DNA from: the human T2T-CHM13v2.0 reference genome, Homo sapiens
DNA: 64,000 bases
NCBI RefSeq assembly: GCF_009914755.1
Contig: NC_060936.1
Reading direction: 5' to 3' (one strand)
This document shows positions 13,701 to 24,269 of the stretch, piece by piece. The position numbers and the translations under genes were made by a program. Within the stretch, counting starts at the first letter, position 1. Each line of letters opens with the position of its first letter. The notes beneath the pieces are model-generated. The model was given only the letters and a program-made list of their open reading frames with translations. It did no database searches and was not told where the DNA came from.

Positions 13701-16700
13701 ACTATCAGCTGAAGTGACAGGGACAACTGGCCCATCAGCTGAAGTAACAGGGCTACCTGGAGAATCAGCTGAGGTGACAGGGACAATTGGATCACCAGCT
13801 GGAGTGACAGGGACAACTCAGCTATCAGCTGTGGTGACAGGGATAACTGGACTATCAGCTGAGGTGACAGGGACAACTGGACTATCAGCTGGGGTGACAG
13901 GGATAACTGGACTATCAGCTGAGGTGACAAGGACAACTGGACTATCAGCTGGGGTGACAGGGACAATTGGACTATCAGCTGGGGTGACAGGGACAACCAG
14001 ACCATCAGCTGGAGTGACAGGGACAACTGGACAATCAGCTGAAGTGACAGGGACAACTGAACCATCAGCTGGGTTGACAGAGACAACTGGATCATCAACT
14101 GGGGTGACAGGGGCAACTGGACCATTAGCTGGAGTGACAGGGACAACTGGAATATCAACTGAAGTGACAGGGACAACTGGACCATCAGCTAGGGTGACAG
14201 GGACAACTGTACTATCAGCTGGAGTGACTGGGATAACTGGGCTATCAGCTATAGTGACAGAGACAACTGGATCATCTGCAAGATCAGGGACAAGTACACC
14301 ATCAGTTGGAGAAACAGGAACAACTAGAACATCAGTTGAAGAATCAAGGGCAACTAGACCATCAGCAGGAATAACAGGTACAAATGGACAATCAGCTGAA
14401 GTGACATGGATAACTGGACCATTAGCTGGAGTGACAGGGACAACTGGAATATCAGCTGGGGTGACAGGGACAACTGGACTGTCAGCTGGGGTGACAGGGA
14501 CTATTGGATCATCAGCTGTGGTGACAGGTATAAATGGACTATCAGCAGGAGTGACAGGGACAACTGGACCATCAGCTGAAGTCACAGGGACAACTGGACC
14601 ATCAGGTGGACTGACAGGGACAAGTGGACCATCAGGTGTAGTGACAGGGACAACTGGCCCATCAGCTGAAGTGACAGGGCTACCTGGAGTGTCAGCTGGG
14701 GTGACAGGGACAATTGGATCACCAGCTGGAGTGACAGGGACAACTGGCCCATCAGCTGAAGTGACAGGGCTACCTGGAGTATCAGCTGGGGTGACAGGGA
14801 CAATTGGATCACCAGTTGGAGTGACAGGGACAACTCGGCTACCAGCTGTAGTGAGAGGGATAAGTGGACTATCAGCTGAGGTGACAGGGACAACTGGACT
14901 ATCAGCTGGGGTGACAGGGATAGCTGGACTCTCAGCTGGGGTGACAGAGACAATTGGACTATCAGCTGGAGTGACAGGGACAATTGGATCATCAGCTGGG
15001 GTGACAGGTACAAATGGACTATCAGCTGAAGTGACAGGGACAACTGGACCATCAGCTGGGGTGACAGGGACAACTGGACTATCAGCTGAAGTGACAGGGA
15101 TAACTGGACTATCAGCTGTGCTGACAAGGACAACTGGGCCATCGGCTGTGGTGACAGAGACAACTGGACCAACTGGGGTGACAAGAATAACTGGACTATC
15201 AGCTGGAGTGACAGGGACAACTGGACTGTCGGCTGAAGTGACAGGGACAACTGGGCTATCAGCTGGAGTGACTGGGATAACTGGGCTATCAGCTATAGTG
15301 ACAGAGACAACTGGATCATCTGCAAGATCAGGGACAAGTATACCATCAGTTGGAGAAACAGGGACAACTAGAACATCAGTTGAAGAATCAAGGACAACTA
15401 GACCATCAGCTGGAATAACAGGTACAAATGGACTATCAGCTGAAGAGACAGGGACAACTGGACCATTAGCTGGAGGGACAGGGACAACTGGACTATCAGC
15501 TGGAGTGACAGGGACAACTGGACTATCAGCTAGGGTGACAGAGAGTACTGGACTATCAGCTGGGGTGACAGGGACAATTGGATCATCAGCTGTTGTGACA
15601 GGTATAAATGGACTATCAGCAGGAGTGACAGGGACAACTGGACCATCAGCTGAAGAGACAGGGGCAACTGGACCATCAGCTGAAGTCACAGGGACAACTG
15701 GACCATCAGCTGAAGAGACAGGGGCAACTGGACCATCAGCTGAAGTCACAGGGACAACTGGACCATCAGGTGGAGTGACAGGGACAAATGGACTATCAGC
15801 TGAAGTGACAGGAACAACTGGCCCATCAGCTGAAGTGACAGGGCTACCTGGAGTATCAGCTGGGGTGACAGGGACAATTGGATCACCAGCTGCAGTGACA
15901 GGGACTATTCGGCCATCAGCTGTGGTGACAGGGGAAACTGGCCTATCAGCTGAGGTGACAGGGACAACTGGACTATCAGCTTGGGTGACAGGGATAGCTG
16001 GACTCTCAGCTGGGGTGACAGAGACAATTGGATCATCAGCTGGGGTGACAGGTACAAATGGACTATCAGCTGAAGCAACAGGGACAACTGGACCATCAGC
16101 TGGAGTGACAGGGACAACTGGACTATCAGCTGGGGTGACAGGGACAGCTGGACTATCAGCTAGGGTGACAGAGAGTACTGGACTATCAGCTGGGGTGACA
16201 GGGACAACTGGACTATCAGCAGGAGTGACAGGGACAACTGGACCATCAGCTGGAATAACAGGTACAAATGGGCTATCAGCTGAAGTGACAGGGACAACTG
16301 GACCATTAGCTGGAGTGACAGGGACAATTGGACTATCAGCTGGGGTGACAGGGATAGCTGGACTCTCAGCTGGGGTAACAGAGAGTACTGGACTATCAGC
16401 TGGGGTGACAGGGACAATTAGATCATCAGCTGTGGTGACAGGTATAAATGGACTATCAGCAGGAGTGACAGGGACCACTGGACCATCAGCTGAAGAGACA
16501 GGGGCAACTGGACCATCAGCTGAAGTCACAGGGACAACTGGACCATCAGGTGGAGTGACAGGGACAAGTGGAATATCAGCTGAAGTGACAGGAACAACTG
16601 GCCCATCAGCTGAAGTGACAGGGCTACCTGGAGTATCAGCTGGGGTGACAGGGACAATTGGATCACCAGCTGCAGTGACAGGGACAACTCGGCCATCAGC

Positions 16701-19700
16701 TGTGGTGACAGGGATAAGTGGACTATCAGCTGAGGTGACAGGGACAACTGGACTATCAGCTGGGGTGACAGAGACAATTGGATCATCAGCTGGGGTGACA
16801 GGTACAAATGGACTATCAGCTGAAGCAACAGAGACAACCGGACCATCAGCTGGAGTGACAGGGACAACAGGACTATCAGCTGGGGTGACAGGGACAACTG
16901 GACCATCAGCTGGAATAACCGGTACAAATGGACTATCAGCTGGGGTGACAGGGACAACTGGACTATCAGCTAGGGTGACAGAGAGTACTGGACTATCAGC
17001 TGGGGTGACAGGGACAATTGAATAATCAGCTGTGGTGACAGAGACAACTAGACTTTCATCTGGAGTCACAGGGACAATTGGACCATCAGCTGAAGAGACA
17101 GGGGCAACTGGACTATCAGCAGAAGTGACAGGGACAACTGGATCATTAGCTGAAGTGACAGGGACAACTGGGCTATCAGCTGGGGTGACAGGGACAATTG
17201 GATCATCAGCTGTGGTGACAGGGACAACTGGACTATCAGCTGGAATAACAGGTACAAATGGACTATCAGCTGAAGTGACAGGGACAGCTGGACCATTAGC
17301 TGGAGTGACAGGGACAACTGGACTATCAGCTGGGGTGACAGGGACAACTGGACTATCAGCTGGGGTGACAGAGGCAACTGGACAATCAGCTGGGGTGACA
17401 GAGAGTACTGGACTATCAGCTGGGGTGACAGGGACAATTGGATCATCGGCTGTGGTGACAGGGATAAATGGACTATCAGCAGGAGTGACAGGGACCACTG
17501 GACCATCAGCTGAAGAGACAGGGGCAACTGGACCATCAGCTGAAGTCACAGGGACAACTGGACCATCGGGTGGAGTGACAGGGACAAGTGTACTATCAGT
17601 TGAAGTGACAGGAACAACTGGCCCATCAGCTGAAGTGACAGGGCTACCTGGAGTATCAGCTGGGTTGACAGGGACAATTGGATCACCAGCTGCAGTGAGA
17701 GGGACAACTTGGCCATCAGCTGTGGTGACAGGGATAAGTGGACTATCAGGTGAGGTGACAGGGACAACTGGACTATCAGCTGGGGTGACAGGGATAGCTG
17801 GACTCTCAGCTGGGGTGACAGGGACAATTGGATCATCGGCTGGGGTGACAGGTACAAATGCACTATCAGCTGAAGCAACAGGGACAACTGGACCATCAGC
17901 TGGAGTGACAGGGACAACTGGACTAGCAGCTGGGGTGACAGGGACAACTGGACTATCAGCTGGGGTGACAGGGACAATTGGATCATCGGCTGGGGTGACA
18001 GGTACAAATGCACTATCAGCTGAAGCAACAGGGACAACTGGACCATCAGCTGGAGTGACAGGGACAACTGGACTATCAGCTGGGGTGACAGGGACAACTG
18101 GACTATCAGCTGGGGTGACAGGGACAATTAGATCATCAGCTGTGGTGACAGAGACAACTGGACTATCAGCAGGAGTGACAGGGACAACTGGACCATCAGC
18201 TGGAATAGCAGGTACAAATGGACTATCAGCTGAAGTGACAGGGACAACTGGACTATCAGCTGGGATGACAGGGACAACTGGACTATCAGCTAGGGTGACA
18301 GAGAGTACTGGACTATCAGCTGGGGTGACAGGGACAATTGGATCATCAGCTGTGGTGACAGAGACAACTAGACTATCAGCTGGAGTCACAGGGACAATTG
18401 GACCATCAGCTGAAGAGACAGGGGCAACTGGACTATCAGCAGAAGTGACAAGGACAACTGGATCATTAGCTGGAGTGACAGGGACAACTGGACCATCAGC
18501 TGTAGTGACAGGGAAAACTGAACTATCAGCAGAAGTGACAGGGACAACTGAACTATCAGCTGAGGTGACAGAGAAAACTGGACCATCAGCAGAAGTGACA
18601 GGGAAAACTGGGCTATCAGCTGGAGTGATGGAGACAACTGGACCATCAGCTGAAGTGACAGGGACAACTGGATCATCAGCTGGGGTGACAGGCACAACTG
18701 GACCATCAGCTGGAGTGACAGGGACAACTGGCCCATCAGCTGAAGTGACAGGGCTACCTGGAGTATCAGCTGGGGTGACAGGGACAATTGGATCACCAGC
18801 TGGAGTGACAGGGACAGCTCGGCTATCAGCTGTGGTGACAGGGATAAGTGGACTATCAGCTGAGGTGATAGGGACAACTGGACTATCAACTGGGGTGACA
18901 GGGATAGCTGGACACTCAGCTGCGGTGACAGGGATAACTAGACCATCAGCTGGAGTGACAGGGACAACCACAGTATCAGCTGGAGTAACAGGGACAATTG
19001 GACTATCAGCTGAAGCAACAGGGATAACTCTACCATCAGCTGGGGTGACAGAGACAACTGGACTATCTGCTGGAGTGACAGAGACAATTAGACTATCAGC
19101 TGGGGTGACAGGGACAATTGGATCATCAGCTGGGGTGACAGAGATAACTGGACTATCAGCTGGAGTGACAGGGACAACTGGACCATCAGCTGGTGTGACA
19201 GGGTCAACTGTACTATCAGCTGGGGTGACAGCGACAACTGGAAAATCTGTTGGAGTAACAGGGACAACTGGATCATCAACTGGAGTGACAGGGACAACTG
19301 GACTATCAGCTGGGGTGACAGGGATAGCTGGACTCTCAGCTGGGGTGACAGGGATAACTGGACCATCAGCTGGAGTGACAGGGACAACTACAGTATCAGC
19401 CGGAGTAACAGGGACAACTGGACTATCAGCTGAAGCAACAGAGATAACTGGACTATCAGCTGGGGTGACAGGGACAACTGGACTATCAGCTGGGGTGACA
19501 GGGATAGCTGGACTCTCAGCTGGGGTGACAGAGACAATTGGATCATCAGCTGGGGTGATAGGTACAAATGGACTATCAGCTGAAGCAACAGGGACAACTG
19601 GACCATCAGCTGGAGTGACAGGGACAACTGGACTATCAGCTGGAGTGACAGGGACAACTGGACTATCTGCTGGGGTGACAGAGACAATTGGACTATCAGC

Positions 19701-20809
19701 TGGTGTGACAGGGACTATTGGATCATCAGCTGGAGTGAAAGGGACAACTGGACCATCAGCTGCTGTGACTGGGTCAGCTGGACTATCAGCTGGGGTGACA
19801 GGGACAACTGGACAGTCAGCTGAAGTGACAGGGGCAACTGGACAATCTGTTGGAGTGACAGGGACAACTAGATCATCAGGTGGAGTGACAGGGATAACTG
19901 GACTATCAGCAGGATTGAGAGGGACAACTGTTTCATCTGCAAAAGCAGGGACAAGTATACAATTAACTGGAAAAACAGGAACAACTAGAACATCAGTTGA
20001 AGAATCAACGACAACTGGACCATCAGCTGGAATAACAGGTACAAATGGACTATCAGCTGAAATGACAGGGACAAATGAACTATCAGCTGGGGTGACAGGG
20101 ACAATTGGATCATCAGCTGGAGTGACAGGGACAACTGGACTGTCAGTTGAAGCAACAGTGACAACTGGACTATCAGCTGGAGTGACAGGGACAACTGTCC
20201 CATTAGCTGGGGTAACATGGACAACTGGACCATCTGCTGGAGTGACAGGAATAGCTGCACTATCAGCTGGAGTGACAGGGAAAAGTGGACTATCAGCTGG
20301 AGTGACAGGGAAAAGTGGACTATCAGCTGGAGTGACAGGGAAAACAGGACTATCAGCTGGAGTGACAGGGACAACTGGACCGTCAGCTGAAGCAACAGGG
20401 AAAACTGGACTATCAGCTGGAGTGACAGGGATCACTGGACCATTTGCTGAAGTGACAGGGACAACTGGGTTATCAGCTGGGGTGATAGGGACCACTGGAT
20501 CATCAGCTGAAGTGACAGGAATAACTGGACTATCAGCTGGGGTGACAGGGAAGACTAGATCATCAGCTGGAGTAACAGGGACAACTGGATTATCTGCAAA
20601 ATCTGGGACAAGTATACCATCAGCTGGAAAAACAGGAACAACCAAAACATCAGTTGAAGAATCAAGGACAACTAGACCATCAGCTGGAATAACAGGTACA
20701 AATGGACTACCAGCTCGAGTGACAGGGACAACTGAACCATCAGTTTGCACAACCACTGTAATAGGAAGAACTACAGGAGAGCCAGGAAGTAAGGTTACAG
20801 CCCCTGAAG
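7127..20809 (+). CDS. MUC19: MUC19 giant tandem-repeat exon (13,683 nt, 4,561 codons, phase 1-1) with in-frame TAA at 17023-17025
   Basis: Acceptor tttgtgacag|GG; ORFs 7114-17025 and 17032-20823 are the same frame; donor either GAAG|gcaaat (20809) or GGAA|gtaagg (20788), both phase 1. Confidence 0.85.
10711..20742 (+). repeat. Homogeneous 30-bp VNTR, consensus TCAGCTGGRGTGACAGGGACAACTGGACYA ([11 protein letters not shown]), roughly 330 units
   Basis: Visible 30-bp periodicity; 60-nt lines stay in register from 15361 to 19920. Confidence 0.97.
17023..17025 (+). pseudogene. MUC19: Premature stop (TCA>TAA) in the MUC19 repeat exon
   Basis: ATT GAA TAA TCA GCT versus consensus ATT GGA TCA TCA GCT. 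Confidence 0.9.
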
Positions 20810-21309
20810 GCAAATCTAGTTAGCTAAAGATGGGTCATTTAATGTGAATAACGTAATTTTTGGTGTTCCAGACTTGAATCTGTGTAAATTTATCACAATT
20901 AAATATGTTATTAAGAACTCAAATTGGTGAACAATGATGGGGGCTTTCCAGAATATTATAGATTCCTTAGACTTTTTGAGTTTATGTTTTCATGAGGACT
21001 ACTGTAGGTGTTGGCAAGGGATGCACAGCTGGAGGACCAGACTCGGGCCACTACAGTTGGGAACCCAGCAGGCACAGCTCACCTGGGTACTGTGGTGTGG
21101 TCCAACATAAGCGTGGCTGAGACGTCCAATTATGATCGTAAGACGAATCAATTATGATTTAACCAAGGACCTAAATAGTGGAGAAATGATTAAGAGATGA
21201 CCTAGATTTATCAATGTCTAAATTTGAATTTTACATAAGGGGCAGTAAGTTCATTATATTTACTAAGATGAACCATGTAAAGCTGATAATCAATTAGTGC
21301 TTTAACCAG

Positions 21310-21387
21310 GCAAAACTGGAGAACCACATGGAACTACCCCTGGAGCAGGTGAAAGCAGGACCAGATTAACCACACCTGGAAAATCAG
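21310..21387 (+). CDS. MUC19: MUC19 exon, 78 nt, GC donor: (G)KTGEPHGTTPGAGESRTRLTTPGKS
   Basis: ccag|GC...CAG|gcaaat; alternative in-phase GT donor after 21348. Confidence 0.55.
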
Positions 21388-21441
21388 GCAAATGGGGTTG
21401 GAAGAATTTGGTCCCAACTGTAGCTCAACATAAGGTTTTCT

Positions 21442-21734
21442 TTCTTTCTTTTTTTTCTTTTTCTTTTTTTTAAAGACAGAGTCTCACTCTCACCCAGGCT
21501 GGAGTGCAGTGACAAGATCTCAGCTCACTGCAACCTCCGCCTCCCAGATTCAAGCAATTCTCATGCCTCAGCCTCCCAAAGTAGTTGGGATTACAGGCAC
21601 GCACCACCATGCCTGGCTATTTTTTATTTTTATTTTTATTTTATTTTTAGTAGAGACAGAGTTTCACCATGTTGGCCAAACTGGTCTCGAACTCCTGACC
21701 TCAAATGATCTGCCTGCCTTTGCCTCCCAAACTG
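21442..21734 (-). mobile_element. AluS, 5'-truncated
   Basis: Reverse Alu dimer; TSD aacataaggttttct at 21427-21441 and 21735-21749. Confidence 0.92.
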
Positions 21735-21818
21735 AACATAAGGTTTTCTGATCAATGTAATTATCGTAATGAGTATATTGTAAATAAGGAAATCAGAAAG
21801 TCAGATCCAAATCATCTA

Positions 21819-21873
21819 TTAGGTTCGTGCAAAAGTAATGGCAAAAACCGTAATTACTTTTGCACCAACCTAA
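21819..21873. mobile_element. MADE1 (Hsmar1 MITE), internally deleted
   Basis: ttaggttcgtgcaaaagtaat...attacttttgcaccaacctaa terminal inverted repeats flanked by TA. Confidence 0.85.
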
Positions 21874-22409
21874 TAGTATTTAGGACCTTATATTTTATTA
21901 GGTGTTTTAGGACTAGGATGGAAGGAAAACAAATTGTCTTTACAGTGCTGATTTTATCAGGAAATAAACCTTAAATGAAGAAGCTTAAAGCAAGAAAATA
22001 ATTGAGCACTTTTTGGTCAGCCAGGAACTGTTATAAGTTATGTAAACATGTCACTAATTTTCACAGCAACTGCTGAGATAAATGCTATTTTTATTCACAT
22101 TTTCAAATGAGAAAGTCAAGGAGAAGTTTAGTTAGCTGCTGCAAGTGATAGTGTACACCAGAGAGGTCTGTCCTCAGAGCCTATTTCTTACCTTCTACAC
22201 CATCCTCCCTCCTATGGCAGTGGGTATAAACTAGAGCAGAAAGGAAATATATTCCCTGGAGGGAATATCTCAATGGAGTCTCAGATATGCCAAATGCAAC
22301 CTCTCAAAGAAAATCAGATTGATGAAAAGTCTACTATACCCGAAGTATTTGGACATTTTCTATTATAACAGCAGTGTCTCATGTTTTACTATTTAATTAA
22401 ATTTTAATT

Positions 22410-23290
22410 ATTTTTATTGCCATCTGTGTGTCAGACACTGTGATAAGTGTGTGGGCACAGAAGTGAATGAGTCTGACAGGGCCACTACTCTCAGGGCATC
22501 CTGTCTAGTGGGGGATTTAGCCAGTAAGAGAGAAGTATCTCAATAGTATTACAATTAATGTTAAGTGCTAAGAATAAGGTGAGGGTGCCAGGACAGTGAC
22601 CTTCCACCTGGTGTCCCAAAGAATGAAGAGGCAGTTGTCAGATAAAGAGGATAAGACAGGGAGGGAAATGCTAAGAGAGCTCCATGGGGAAGGAAGTCAA
22701 AGGATCTTAGAAAGTTTAAGGTAGAAAGAGGCCAGGGTTCCCAGTGCTCTGTTAGGAAGCCAGAGGGTGTACAAAATAAGCCCAGAGAAGTCAGAAGGAC
22801 CCTGTTCACACACAACAGAGCCTTGCCGCACAAGTTAAGGATTTTAGACTTGTTGCTAAGAGCTACGGGAAGTTACCAGAAGGTGAGAGACAGAAGAGTG
22901 ACATGATCAGCTTCCCATTTTTAAAAGATCAGTAAGACTGCAAATGTGAAGAATTGTATAAAGTGAAAATGGAAGCAGAGAGATTTGCTAGGAAGCTATT
23001 GCTCAATCAAGGTAAGAGGCAATGGTTTAGGATAAATTATGGTGGTGGATGGAAAAAAGGGAAAAATTCAAAACCTATTTTTGGAGAACCATCAAGGGAA
23101 TTTGGCGGTGGTTTGATGGGGATTTCGTTAAGGGTACTTTTCAAGTTAATATTTAGTTACTAGGATGATGGTTCTATCAGTTATTAAAATAGGGAATGTG
23201 AAGGAGCAGCAGTTTGCGGTGGGAAGATCACAGCTTCATGTTTGAAAGTTGAATTTGAGATGTCAGGGAGAAGTACAAATGAAAATTTCG
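22410..23290 (-). mobile_element. L2 LINE fragment
   Basis: aggattttagacttgttgctaagagctacgggaagttacc...agtgacatgatcag...ttttaaaagatca L2 motif; approximate bounds. Confidence 0.55.
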
Positions 23291-23332
23291 AATTATGCTA
23301 TTAAGATTCTTTTTCATTTGTTTTAAATTCAG

Positions 23333-23398
23333 CTACAACTGGAGTGCCTGCTGCAACTTCCCCAGGAGCTGAAGGTGAAAGCATAGCTTCCACGTCAG
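23333..23398 (+). CDS. MUC19: MUC19 exon, 66 nt: (A)TTGVPAATSPGAEGESIASTS
   Basis: ttcag|CT...CAG|gtactg; phase 1-1. Confidence 0.75.
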
Positions 23399-23504
23399 GT
23401 ACTGGAACCACAACTGGGTTCAAAGTAGTTATGTTGATAAATATCTGGATAGTGCTCCAATAAAATAAGAACACTGCTCCTGACTTTACACTTTTTAATC
23501 TCAG

Positions 23505-23558
23505 TTGCCACGGGAGCCATCCCTCGGTCAACAATTGCACCAGGAAGTACCACTACTG
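23505..23558 (+). CDS. MUC19: MUC19 exon, 54 nt: (V)ATGAIPRSTIAPGSTTT
   Basis: ctcag|TT...CTG|gtaagt. Confidence 0.85.
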
Positions 23559-23894
23559 GTAAGTAAGCAGGGGGATGTCAGATGTATTTTTGATTTGTTT
23601 TCATGCTCATTGCTTAATTTAAAATAGTGAAGTCATTAATAATAATAATGCCAGTTAATTACAATGTCTTTAAATATATTATCTCATAAATTACTTGAAT
23701 GAACATTATTATCTCTTTTTGCTCATTAGGAACTTAGACGAAGATATTATCTAAGTTGATATGTTCCTGCAGCAAGCCAAATGGTGAAATCAATATTTTT
23801 CTCGATTGTTTATTGATTCCAAAACTGTGCTCTTCAGTGTGACGCCTTCCTTTGCTAAAGCAAAATATACGATGTCTTTAGTAACCCATCAATA

Positions 23895-24269
<375 letters not shown>

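Noticed and set aside
8642-20395. Many minus-strand [10 protein letters not shown] ORFs
   Set aside because: Third-frame translation of the same 30-bp repeat; fragmented and not independent.
10711-20742. CRISPR-like array (30-bp period, internal palindrome TCAGCTGA)
   Set aside because: Units are contiguous with no unique spacers, encode an open PTS frame, and lie in primate DNA with no cas genes.
7127-20809. N-glycosylation sites at the many Asn residues in the repeat
   Set aside because: Contexts are NGL, NGP, NGQ, NAL, NEL and NSA; none is N-X-S/T.
7191-20813. Very long minus-strand ORFs (329, 674, 1016 and 2331 aa; [10 protein letters not shown] repeats) as an antisense gene
   Set aside because: They are the shadow frame sharing wobble positions with the sense frame. 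Stops there need sense Tyr/Gln/His codons after a pyrimidine, which the repeat rarely has. No independent start, splice or promoter evidence.
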